Assembly: GCA_002269645.1 (NCBI GenBank) | Contig: NIVC01002996.1 | Coordinates: forward strand, 1 to 64,000 | Length of the DNA: 64,000 bases | DNA from: Macrostomum lignano | Lineage: Eukaryota | Direction of reading: 5' to 3' | Part shown: positions 12,799-25,500 of the stretch, one piece after another | How positions within the stretch are numbered: the stretch's first letter is position 1 | Layout of the letters: the number at the start of each line of letters is the position of its first letter | Made by a program: the position numbers and the translations under genes | Notes under the pieces: model-generated | What the model saw: the letters and a program-made list of their open reading frames with translations, nothing else | Database searches by the model: none | Told to the model about the DNA's origin: nothing

Positions 12799-15700
12799 AT
12801 GAACAGTAAGCAGCAGCCAAGCCAGATGCAGCAGCAGTCAACTCCAAAGCCGCTGCTACAGCCGCCCTTGCTCCAGCAGCAGCAGCAGGAGCGCTGCGCC
12901 CGCGACGTGCCGGGCATGGAGTCCGCGGCCGACGCCCTGCTGGACGCGGTGACCCGGGGCAAAAGCCATCTGGTAAAGTTTCTGCTGGAGGCCTGCGAAA
13001 AAGAAGTAGAAGTGGCCACGAACTTTCGCGACTTCAAAGGCAAAACGCCGCTCATCAGGGCCGTGTACATCACCGTAAGCGCCCGGCCTTGCTTCCCTCA
13101 TTTTTTTCTGCGGCTCAGAGAGCTTTTTAGCTAATTAATTACTGTCACGGCCGTCGGCTCCGCCCGGACCACCCAGACTGCGCAGGGAGACAGAGTGGGC
13201 TGCCACACCGTGCCCGTGTTCGCGGTTTAGCAGCGGTGCTTACCTCGCGAACTAGGGATGGAATTTTTTAATCAGACTGGGAATTCGGGATTCTGAAATT
13301 TCCAAGGCGAGAATGCTGATAGGGATAGTGTAGCGTTGGGATTAAGGCGTGGAATTAAGGCTTTGATTAGCACTGAAATTTGTGTGGGAGGCTGGCTAGG
13401 CCCTTAATCGGCTGTAATTACTGCAGGACTAGGATTTGCGTTTCGCTTCAGGGTTTTTATAAGGGCTCTAGACAAGGCTGTAGTAAAGGTTATAGTCAAG
13501 GCTGTATAGTCAAGGCTGTATTGTCAAGGCTGTATTGTCAAGGCTGTATTGTCAAGGCTGTATAGCCAAGGCTGTATTGTCAAGGCTGTAGCCAAGGCTG
13601 TAATCAAGGCTGTATAGTCAAGGCTGTAATCAAGGCTGTAGCCAAGGCTGTAATCAAGGCTGTATAGTCAAGGCTGTAGCCAAGGCTGTAATCAAGGCTG
13701 TATAGTCAAGGCTGTAATCAAGGCTGTATAGTCAAGGCTGTAGCCAAGGCTGTAATCAAGGCTGTATTGTAGCCAAGGCTGTATAGTCAAGGCTGTAGCC
13801 AAGTCTGTAATCAAGGCTGTATAGTCAAGGCTGTAGCCAAGGCTGTAATCAAGGTTGTATAGTCAAGGCTGTAGCCAAGGCTGTAATCAAGGTTGTATAG
13901 TCAAGGCTGTAGCCAAGGCTGTAATCAAGGCTGTAATCAAGGCTTTAATCAAGGCTGTATAGTCAAGGCTATAGTCAATACTGAATACTGTAGTCAGAGG
14001 CTCGTTCGCATTGACATAGAATGAAACAGCAATGTACAGGTGACGTACAAGCCGTGTGTTTACTAAACTTGGCCTCAGTTGATGGCGTTGTTAACATGCC
14101 TTTAATTGTCAAAAAAATTTTTTTGTAAAAGGGTGTGAAGCACCTTTTGATGCATTGTCCCACAACAGCGCTGAGGCAATTCAGCCCATTCCGCTGACTG
14201 TGATAGGGTTAATGTTGGGATGTGATAGGGTTAATGTAGGGATGTGATAGGGTTAGTGTAGGGATGTGATAGGGTTAGTGTAGGGATGTGATAGGGTTAG
14301 TGTAGGGATGTGATAGGGTTAATGTAGGGATGTGATAGGGTTAATGTAGGTCTGTGATAGGGTTAGTGTAGGGATGTGATAGGGTTAGTGTAGATCTGTG
14401 ATAGGGTTAGGGTAGGGCTCTGGTAGGATTAGTGTAGGGCTCTGGTAGGGGCTAAGCCCCAGGAACAGTTTCCAGACCAATGCACGCAGAGCCGGTGCAC
14501 CCACAGGAAGAGAAGTGCCGGCAGAGGATCATGGAGATGCTGCTGCGCCATGGCGCCGACCCGAACTCGCAGGACGACTCGGGCAGGACGGCTCTGAGCT
14601 ACGCCTGCGAGCTGCGGCGCAACGACGTGGTCCGGATGCTGGTCAAGCACAACGTGGACCCGGAGCTGCCCGACAAAGACGGTGGGATGCTTTGGGATGC
14701 TTTATGGCAACCACTTAGCAACTGGAATTATTCATTTTTGCGACGTTTTTGTTTGCTGCTCTCGTCCTGTCACCTGTCATCGCCTCCGAAACTCTTTACC
14801 TTCCACTGGTCTCCTTGGCTCTCCTGTTGCAATTGCAATTCGCCCTCTTCCAGTTCCGAATTTTACTAGAGCTTTTCCTCTCCTCTCTAATTTTCTGCCG
14901 CATTGCTGCAGAGCCGGGCAAGCAGCTACCGGCTGCTCCCCTGGGCAGAAGAGCTCCGATGAGGGGGAGGCGGTGGTGCGAAACAAGCAGTTTCTTGGGA
15001 AGAACTTCGAGTTCGGCCGGATTAAGGATGGCGGCAGCCCGGCTCGGTCTCTCTGAGCTCCTCTCCCGGGAAACAGCAAACTTGAGCACTCGCCTCTCCC
15101 GCCCTGGCCTGCAGCAACTTCCTTCTCAGGTGGGGGGAGGGGGAGATCCCCGAGGCCGGCTGCAGCCTGCTGCCTGGACTCTACGCCGGGTCTGCGAGCT
15201 GAGTCTCCTCTCTTCGGTCTCCATGGCAACTCCCCTGGCTTCCTTTTGCTTCTCCGACTCCCGATCAGCTTTCTTACCTTACTGCTCCTAGAAGCAGAGG
15301 CTGTGGCTCCGTCACGCACAGGGCCAGCTGCAGGAAGTCACTTTGCCGCAATTAGCAGCCCGAGCTCCCATGGCTGATGGCACTCCGCGGCTCTTGAGTA
15401 GAGCCGATCTTTCTCCGGGCACCAGTTTCTGCTCCGCTCTTTTCTTTGGAGGAAAAAAGAAAAGTGGGGAAGGTGCTCTGTCTGATCTTCCCTATTCATT
15501 TTCGCTGCCCTCTTTGAGGCCGTCTTTTTTCGTAATCAAGAAAATTAGCTGGGACTAAATTTATCTGTTTACGATTCTGGACAGGTGCACATCAACTCTC
15601 TGTACGCTCTCTGTAAATACGATCGGTATGCCTCTGTATCTGTCTGTGTCCTTAGATTTCTGTCTGTGTCCTTAGATTTCTGTCTGTGTCCTTAGATTTC

Positions 15701-16650
15701 TGTCTGTGTCCTTAGATTTCTGTCTGTGTCCGTAGATTTCTGTCTGTGTCCTTAGATTTCTGTCTGTGTCCTTAGATTTCTGTCTGTGTCCGTAGATTTC
15801 TGTCTGTGTCCTTAGATTTCTGTCTGTGTCCTTAGATTTCTGTCTGTGTCCTTAGATTTCTGTCTGTGTCCTTAGATTTCTGTCTGTGTCGGTAGCTTTC
15901 TGTCTGTGTCCTTAGATTTCTGTCTGTCGGTAGATTTCTGCCTGTGTCCGCAGATTTCTGTCTGTGTCGGTAGATTTCTAGCGATGTCCCTCCGTCTGGC
16001 CTCTGTGGGTCTGCTTTTACTGCAGGCCTGTTACTTAAGAGGCTGCAGTAAAATGAACCCGCAATTTCATTTGGATTGGTGCCATTATCGACCCGGCCGC
16101 AGGCAACACTCCGCTGATGCACTGCGCCCGCGTCGGAAACGACTCCGGCATTGTGGTGCTGCTGAAGTGCTTCCGCCGGCTGGGCCTCGACCCGGACAGG
16201 TGCAACAGGGCTGGCTGCACCGCTCTGCTCATCGCCGCCCGCGGCGGGTTCCTCGAATGCGCCGGCCTGCTGGCCAGCGAGGGCCGCGCCTCGGTGACCC
16301 GGGCTGACCCCGAGTTCGGGCGCAACCCCGAGCAATGGGCCCGGGCGCAGGGCTGCACCACGCCGGAGGTGGCGCCGTTCAGCGCCGACAGGCAGACGGC
16401 GGCCAGGCGAGGCCGGGGCGAACCCCTGCCGCTCGACGCCAGCGGCAGCTGCAGCGAAGTGGACGACGATGACGACGACGATAGCGGATCATCGGCTTCG
16501 TCCGGCCCGACCGAGCGGGAGGCCCTCGGCGAGGTGCGGGCTTCCAGGAGCTCCACCCTGACCACGCGGGTTGGCAGCGTCGGCCGGGACGACGACTTCA
16601 GGAGCTCAGGAGAGGAGAACGGGCGGGCGAGAAGCGGCAGATCGAACTAG
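12799..16650 (+). CDS. Ankyrin-repeat protein (ANKRD34/63-like), 3 coding exons
   Basis: Exons 12799-13074 (LLDAVTRGKSHLVKFLL...GKTPLIRAV, |gtaagc), 14507-14681 (LLRHGADPNSQDDSGRTALSYAC), 16103-16650 (GNTPLMHCA...GCTALLIAA). Phases 0 and 1 are consistent. The C-terminal end is uncertain. Confidence 0.8.
13490..13975. repeat. 12-14-bp repeat (caaggctgta[tagt/gc/at]) in ankyrin gene intron 1
   Basis: Tandem copies. Confidence 0.93.
14195..14420. repeat. 22-bp repeat (gtgatagggtta[g/a]tgtagggat) in ankyrin gene intron 1
   Basis: Tandem copies that include agggttag. Confidence 0.9.
15630..15975. repeat. 20-bp repeat (tctgtctgtgtccttagatt) in ankyrin gene intron 2
   Basis: Tandem copies. Confidence 0.95.
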
Positions 16651-17095
16651 GGCTTGGGATTCAGGGAGAGTGGGGCTTGGGATTCAGGGAGAGTGCAGGG
16701 ACTTGGGATTCAGGGAGAGTGCAGGGGCTTGGGATTCAGGGAGAGTGGGACTTGGGATTCAGGGAGAGTGCAGGGGCTTGGGATTCAGGGAGAGTGGGGC
16801 TTGGGATTCAGGGAGAGTGCAGGGGCTTGGGATTCAGGGAGAGTGGGACTTGGGATTCAGGGAGAGTGCAGGGGCTTGGGATTCAGGGAGAGTGGGGCTT
16901 GGGATTCAGAGAGAGTGCAGGGGCTTGGGATTCAGGGAGAGTGGGGCTTGGGATTCAGGGAGAGTGGGGCTTGGGATTCAGAGAGAGTGCAGGGGCTTGG
17001 GATTCAGGGAGAGTGGGACTTGGGATTCAGGGAGAGTGAGGCTTGGTATTGAGGGAGCTTGGGATTCAGGGAGAGTGGGGCTTAGGATTTAGGGA
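16650..17095. repeat. G-rich repeat (ttgggattcagggagagtg[cag]gggc) starting at the ankyrin gene stop
   Basis: Tandem copies of two related unit lengths. Confidence 0.93.
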
Positions 17096-18449
17096 GTGAT
17101 CGAAGTTAGTATTTAGGAAGAGTTAGTTTTTGCAGACACATCAGCATCTTTAGTAAACTTTTTAGTAAAGTTTTAAGTCAGACTTTTGCTTCAATACCCC
17201 ATGCCATAGATAAAATATAGCAGCTTAAGCTTCAAATTTCTGAGCTTTCGCTTAATATTCACTTAATTTGTGTCCAATATGTGTTGTCGGATGCACCACA
17301 CAGCACCCAACCTTATCGCAAATGTTTTCAGAACTAATTGTACTTTTTTGTCCATCTGCAGACAAATTTTCCCAGTTTACATTTAATTTCCCAGAGTTAC
17401 ATTTAATAAACAGATTAAATTATACGCTCATCTCCTGTCCGTAAATATATTGTTAATTACAATAACAATACATCACACCAGCAATGTTGTGCTGCCTTAA
17501 AAACTAATGGAGCGGATCTTTGCAAAGTCTTTGCTTCCCTGTCAGTTTTCATGGGATCCGGGCTGAACTGCAGTTACGCTCGTACTACAGGAAGCCCTGC
17601 TGCTCATCTTGCAGGGCCACTTAGACAGGGGCAAAATGCGAACCCGTCAATAGCGTGATCTGCCTGCTGCTGTGCGACCCGGGGCGCCCGCAACGCGGGT
17701 TTTAAAAAGATAATTGATTTTATACAGCCAATCTCAATGTTATCATAGATGTACATGCATGTTAAGCATGCAATAAGTAAAATTTGAAAATCCCCGCCTC
17801 TTGTTCAACCTCAAGAGTGCAAGACAACAAAAGGTTGGCCAATAGACGAGTATGGTAAAATTACAAAACGTTTTGACATGCTGAACATGACAAGCTTATA
17901 ATAGGTGACAATTTCAATTTCCAAATCGTTTTGTAAAACCCATGCTAGCATTTCAAGTCGTTTTGGCGCAGCTTTACCACTCAATATAAGAACAGATTTG
18001 CAAAGCAGTTTGGGCTAATTCGAACATTCCAGTCGTTCACAGTGAACACAATCCGGAAACTTTTGCAACAAGACTCTTATTTGACCATCTGACCAGCATT
18101 CACACGGCATGAAGGTTCAAGCCACAGCATCCATGGTTGAGCAGCTCCATTCCAAATCGAAGCGTGTGGCTCGAAATCAAGGCCAGTAACAGTTGTAGCC
18201 AAATTGGCACAGCCCTACATGTATTGAGCCATGCCTGCTTCAAGTTGCAACTTACGATGCTATACCTGGCCCACCCTTCTGTATGTAAAATTCAATCATC
18301 AAAATGATTCAGTTCACTAATATTCATCACGTATTGCGATACGTGTTGCAAAAAACTGGATGACAACTCGCCATCGGATGCAGGATTGACAGGTCATGTG
18401 ATGGCATTAAGCTTGCATCTAAGGTTATGAACTTTGAGCATTGGATTAA

Positions 18450-19080
18450 GAATACGGTATGGGGAATGGGTTATGGGTATGGGATGGGACATGGGTATGG
18501 AGCATGGTTATGGGATTGAGCATGGTTAAGGGATGGGGCATGGGTATGGGATAGGGCATGGGTATGTGTTGGGTATGGGATAGGGCATGGGTATGTGTTG
18601 GGTATGGGACTGGGCATGGGTATGTGTTGGGTATGGGATAGGGCATGGTTATGGGATGGGGCATAGTTATGGGATGGGTATGGGATGGGGCATGGTTATG
18701 GGATGGGGCATAGTTATGGGATGGGTATGGGATGGGGCATGGTTATAGGATGGGGCATGGGTATGGGATAGGGCATGGGTATGTGTTGGGTATGGGATAG
18801 GGCATGGGTATGTGTTGGGTATGGGATAGGGCATGGTTATGGGATGGGGCATAGTTATGGGATGGGTATGGGATGGGGCATGGTTATGGGATGGGGCATA
18901 GTTATGGGATGGGTATGGGATGGGGCATGGTTATAGGATGGGGCATGGGTATGGGATAGGGCATGGGTATGTGTTGGGTATGGGATAGGGCATGGTTATG
19001 GGATGGGGCATAGTTATGGGATGGGTATGGGATGGGGCATGGTTATAGGATGGGTATGGGATGGGGCATGGGTAGGCATG
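18450..19080. repeat. G-rich 6/18-bp based repeat (gggatggggcatggttat)
   Basis: Tandem copies with dense GGG runs. Confidence 0.93.
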
Positions 19081-19460
19081 GCTCTAATATATGATACGGA
19101 GCAAGAGTTACAGTAGACCACACAATATTCATATCCATAGAGACCACATCCGATACGGGTTGATGATTATCTTATCCTATACGCGCACGATCTTACTGAA
19201 TTTCCAATTCAAGCTGCAGGTTGCACAATTAAGACGAGTCTTAAGCCGATCCAGGCGACGCTACGCTACTGTATACTTAGTCAAGTAGTACATGTATAAA
19301 AATAAACAAACAATAGAAGGCGATTTCTTCAATATCATTTTCTACACATCCAGTGATCTTTATTTTTGATTCAATAAGCCCAATCAGCTGCAGGCAGCTG
19401 CTAAAATCTTGCACTGTCAACTATTCAAGCACAGAGTCCATCAGACAGCTTCTCAATTGA

Positions 19461-19874
<414 letters not shown>

Positions 19875-21484
19875 TTATCAGAAACTTTGTAACTGTCTCA
19901 TTTTACTAAGGTACAAGATAAAAAAGAAAAATGTCAAATTAAACTTAAATTAAATTAGTTTGCATACCTCCTATTGTAGCCAAGGGTTGAATTGTGCCAG
20001 ATGATTCTTCAAATATACCAAATAAATGTAGAAGTTGCACTAGGCAAAACCAATAACCTTTTCTTTCTTTGCTAGTCAATATATAGATATTTGCTAATAA
20101 AAATTGCTTATAAAAACTTATAAAATAGCTTATAACTTAATAGCTTATAGCTTAAACTTATAAAATTGCTTATAAAAACAGCTTATAAAAATTGAATTTA
20201 TACTTATCAAATTTTAATTTGTGCTAGGTTGTTATCTATTAAAATATCCTTTGGTTTCAAAATATATATATTCTAAAATTTCTTTATAGGTCTAAAGGTT
20301 AGAGAAGATTAGAATAATAGATTTTAGTTAAAATTAAATTGAGATTAGATTAGATTGAAATCCCTATCTTAGTACATAGATAGAGATTTAATTTATAATT
20401 ATATATTTTTATATATATATATATAATATCTAGTCATCTTGGCTAATCTAGAATATACAAGGTAAAAACATAGAGAATTTTATAAATAGGCCTAAGAGAA
20501 AAATAAAAGAAAGAAAAAACTTTTATAGAATAAATTATAAAAAGAAAAAGAATATTTAAATTATATATAAAATAAAATTTAAATATTATAAAAAAGGCTC
20601 TTTAGATATAACTATTACTATAGAAAAAGTAGAACAATATTGCAATAAGGTTTTTTACATATAGCCACATGGTATAGATATATAGCATATTAATAGACTA
20701 TCAAATTGACTAGCAGACTAGGTAAGATTTAGGTTGCAAATAGGCCTATCTAGGCCCTAGGCTTAGCTTTAGCCTATACTTTAAATAAGTTATTTCAATC
20801 TATCTAATCTAGTTCTACTTCTAAATAGGTATTGATATTTGATATTTTAAAAAAAATTCAAAAAGGTAAAAAAGGATAAAATTTGTGATAAATTTTTGTA
20901 ATTTTGTAATAAAATTAAATTCCAATTAGGATAATTTTTTATTAGGAAACTAAGATCTAAAGATTTAAATAGCCTATCAAGATCATAATGTATATCTATG
21001 TGTAATAGGGCCTAATACTATATAGGTCTAATTTGTAATAATATAATAATGCTAAGCTATGCTAAAAATTGCAAAATATCATTATGTATATTAAATGTTA
21101 AATGTTGACTAATAATTTAGGCTTAAATAATATTAAGAGATAAATCATACTTTTTGGATTATATTATAGACTAGGCCTATATCTACATCTACATTTGGCC
21201 CTCTATCTCTAGAAAAATAGGCCTAGAACTTAGAAGTTTATATAAATGTCATTTGATATATTAAGCAAATAAAAACGAAGGCACATAGGCATATAGGCCT
21301 AGGCTACACAATCAATCCATCCACATATGTCATATGATAAGACATATGCCATACTAAAAATGATTCGGCGGTATCTAGGTAGGCATGTGATTGATTTCAG
21401 AAAAATGCCTCAACAAAACTTTCATAACACTTAAATTTCAGATCTCTCTCTGACTCTTACCGTTAGATCTAATTCTAAGCCAAT

Positions 21485-21936
21485 TGTAACGTCGTCGCTT
21501 CTGTATTGAAAATGTTCAATTTCGTATTTATGGTTTTTGCAATTAATATTTAAAACTATATCTATTTTGGTCTAATGTTTGTAACTATTTTTTTAGTTAC
21601 TTTCCCCATTTGGTTTAATTTTGTTTTTCTATTTTCAATTAGTGCAGTTATTCAAATTTTGCTTCTTGATAGTTTTTGTGTAGTGTCCTGCGCTCTGTGT
21701 GTTGGTCTTAGTTCCCGTAGGCTGGGTGGCATTAGCATTATATTATCGTCTCAGATTACCCTTTGGTAAATAGTTGGCATTGCCATACTGCTTCTGACCT
21801 ACTCACCATTATTCAGACTAGCAATTGAGTTGTTAAATTAATAATACGTATATTGGCCTAGGACAAGATCAACACTCAGACTCAGCACGCGCACGCGCAT
21901 CAGTCCCATGTTCTCGAACTAAATAAACTCGTCACA
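21485..21936 (+). repeat. 5' LTR (452 bp)
   Basis: tgtaacgtcg...aataaactcgtcaca; direct repeat of 30420-30871. Confidence 0.98.
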
Positions 21937-21942
21937 TAAATT

Positions 21943-21958
21943 TGGAGGGTCCCACCGA
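21943..21958 (+). promoter_or_regulatory. Primer-binding site, best match tRNA-Gln
   Basis: TGGAGGGTCCCACCGA, 6 nt after the LTR. The complement of the tRNA-Gln 3' end (...TCGGTGGGACCTCCA) is TGGAGGTCCCACCGA, so this site has one extra G. Confidence 0.65.
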
Positions 21959-22577
21959 ATTCGTCGAACTCGCTTCAGCTCGGATTCAGCTCGCATACGG
22001 CTATATGCCATCAAGTATCTGCAGCAGTGCACAGGTACTCTAAAACCAAGTGGCAAGTGTTCCTGCATCCAACAGCGAGAGCGAGACAAACCCCCGCCAT
22101 CACGTGACCGCGAGTCACCCCTTAGCTGGCCAACCAGAAGCTACCTGCCCGACTGCCTGCAAGTTTTCGTCCTTTGGGGTTGCGCGCAACGATACCCCAG
22201 TCAGAATCAACGCCAGTCAGAGTCAGCCAATCGAGACTGCACTACAAGTACAAGCGCCAAGAGACCAACTGACCAACAACAAATTGAGCTTAAGCCGGGA
22301 GGCCAAGCCAACGCCGGCGGCAACCCAGGACTACACCGAATCACGTGGCAGTGGCAGGAGACCAGCTAGGTGAGGGAGTTTTCTTAGTATTCAACTCTGC
22401 ATAGGAACATAGGGCCTGTCTGGCAGAGCCAGTATAATATTTTCTGGGTTAGTCTAATTTTTCTAGGAATTGTAGTGAGGCTCTTTAACTCTGCCAGACT
22501 TCTTTCGTGTTTTTATTATCTGGCCTTTCCTCTCGCCACTCTCTGGCAAAGCAATATCTGTCATATCTCGTCTCCTA

Positions 22578-25500
22578 ATGTCCTCTTCTAACGAAGAAAG
22601 TGATGAGGCCTTGTCGCCCAATCGGGCTGCTGGCCAGGGCCAGCAGGTTTTACAGTTGCAGACAGAGAGTAGCACATCAACGCAACCTGAAGCTGGTGCC
22701 TCAAGCCAACAGGCTGCACAGGTTGGAGACACAAGTAGGGATGCGAAACCACCACATGGTATGGCAGAGCAGTCAGACTTAAGTAAGGTCCTCCAGACTC
22801 TAACAATGATCCTAGAGAAAACTTGTGACAGAGAGGCTTCCGCAGCAGCTGAGAAACTTTCAAACTCGAGCCCAAAGCTACGACCACCACCACCCTTTCA
22901 ACCCCAAATGAATTTCGAACTATGGGAGACACAGTTTCTGACTTATGTTGAAGCTCATCATGTCCCAACACCTCAGCAACCAGCTGTCCTATTGTCAATG
23001 CTCGCACCTGAGTGCCAAGAATTCATTTTTAACAACTCTCTGCACCGCGAGTCCATTCAAACTGCACTAAAAAGTCTGAAAGATCGATTCACAGATTCGG
23101 GAACAGAACACAAAAGCTACTTAGAGCTTGCGGTTGCCGAACAGTTAAACTCGGAAACAACACAGGAGTTCTTTGACAGACTAACAAGACTATCAAAGTC
23201 TGCTAATCTTAAAAAACCTACCGCCGAACCCTTGGTGCGAGCTCGGTTTTGCTATGGTCTGAGAGATAAGGGTCTTGCTGAAAGACTGATCCTCCTGGGT
23301 CAAGAAAACCCAACATGGTCTGCTGAAGATTTAGCAAAAAAGGCCAGGGAAATTGCCGGTGTCAAGAAGCTCTTATCTAGTGAAGTAACTCCAGTCATCA
23401 GAGCTGCCGCCCCTGACAGAACAGCAGAATTAGAAGCCCGAATCCGCGAGCTTGAAAAACTAGTTCAACAGAATCAGACCACTCAGTCTTCAGATCATAA
23501 TTCAAAAGATTTTCAGAACTTTCCTTCACAAGTGCCGCCTGTCAATCTGGGACAATCTGGCCAGTACAAGAACAGTAGTCGTTGGTCTAAATCCCCTAAG
23601 CGATGCAATCGGTGCAGCGACCATGACCATTTAACTGCGGACTGCCCGAAACCACCGCCCTCCAATGGGGTAGGGGCAGGTGGAAGACCAACTGGTATGG
23701 CCCCAATGATGGAAATAGGAACCATAACGGTTTGGAAAGGTGGATTTGGCTTTATCCAGCCAAGTCAGATGCCAGACTCCCTCTTTTGCCATTATTCCAG
23801 CCTTGACAACGAGTTAAAACAGGTTGCAAACAGCCATCAGTTAGTAGGCACAACTGTGCAATTCTTACGCCGAGCAGATCCTGGTCACAAACATGATAGA
23901 GCAGTAGGGGTCTGTCGCTACCAAATGCCTGTCCGATGTGACCAATCCTGGGCGGCCGATACTCCAGTCGAGTCTAGTATGTTTGTGCAGTTGGGAATTG
24001 GAGACAACAAGGTCATCGCTTGCCTTGATTCAGGTTGCAATGCAAGCGTCATGGGCACCAAAGTCAGAGACCAACTGATTGCAAACGATCCAATCAACAA
24101 TACATTTATTCCTGCTAGAAAATACCAAGCTGCAACAGCATTTAATGGTACCTCGACACAGATTCTAGGCACCCTACACTGTGAAGTCAAGCTGGGCAAA
24201 ATATCACAGACTCACGTGTTCCTAGTCACAGAAGGTCAAGTTACAGACGTCCTCTTAGGAATAGACTTTATGAGAGGTTTTAACGTGAACCTGCTTGTTG
24301 CAGATGGTCAGGTAACTGTAGCGGGCGAAGTGGTACCTGTGATTGAAGGCGATCGGGGAGTCTTTCAAGCTCGCAGAGTCACTGCAGCTTGCAACGTGCA
24401 GTTACCCCCCAGATCAGAGACCATGGTGCCAAGCCGAGTCATTGGTGCAGATCCTGGCTCTCCTGGATTCCTGGGCACCAAGCTCTTTTGTTCTGACTCG
24501 GAATTCTTTGTGGCTCATTCTGTGGATAGTGTGAGCAGCACTGGTCATGTCCTGGTACGCCTATTGAATAGTGGCAACCAGCCGTCCGAAATTGCTGCGG
24601 GACAGGAGATCGCCTCCTTTCAAAGCTTAAGAGTTGGTGAGACCATCTCGCACACTGCTCTCACCGAGAAGGACTTCTCAGTTAGCAGTTCCAAAGATCT
24701 GGGAACCAAGCTTGCTAGACTTCCTGACCCTGATCTTGGCACAGCATCTTGGCTAAAGAAGCAGTTCAAACTAGAAGAGTCCACCCTGTCAGAAACCCAG
24801 TTGACAATAACATTAAAACTGTTAAACTATTTCCTCAGTGCGATATCTAAAAGTGACACGGATTTAGGGAAAACACACCTTCACGAGATGGCTATTGAGC
24901 TCAACGAACCAACCTGCCGACCCATCTCGCAACCCTCAAGACGCACAACACCAGCGCAAAAAGAATTTTTAGATCGGCACATAAACCAGCTAATTGAACA
25001 AGGAGTAATCGAAGAAAGCAACTCAGAATGGGCTTCTCCCATAGTCTTAGTTAGGAAAAAAGACGGCTCGCAGCGCCTTTGCATTGATTACCGTAGTGTC
25101 AACAAAGTCATAAAACCGTGCACCTTTCCGCTGCCTCTAATAGAGGAGTCCTTTGATAGCTTAGCGGGGTCAAAGGTATTCTCAAGTTTAGATCTTACAT
25201 CTGCCTACTGGCAGGTAGGTATCCGAGAACAGGACCGTGATCTCACGGCCTTCACATGTCCCCAGGGGACCTATCGCTGGAAAGTTGTCCCATTCGGGAT
25301 AAAAACAGCCCCAGCGAACTTTGCCAAGTTGATGCACAAAGTTTTCCGACCTTTATTAATGCGCGTCAGCCTCATCTACTTGGACGACATCATTATAAAA
25401 GCCAGAGACAATGACGAAATGATCGTCCACCTGGCCCTTGTCCTTTGGCAACTTAAAAAGGCCAATCTAAAAATCAAGCCATCGAAATGTGAACTTTTTA

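Noticed and set aside
17450-18440. Possible small exons or TE fragments downstream of the ankyrin gene
   Set aside because: No recognisable protein motif or element ends could be supported.
21575-21769. 64-aa hydrophobic ORF repeated at 30510
   Set aside because: It is a chance ORF in the T-rich U3 region of the two LTRs.
23706-23915. Capture of the retroelement CSD from the neighbouring Y-box gene
   Set aside because: The two CSDs share only core motifs, so any capture was ancient; proximity looks coincidental.
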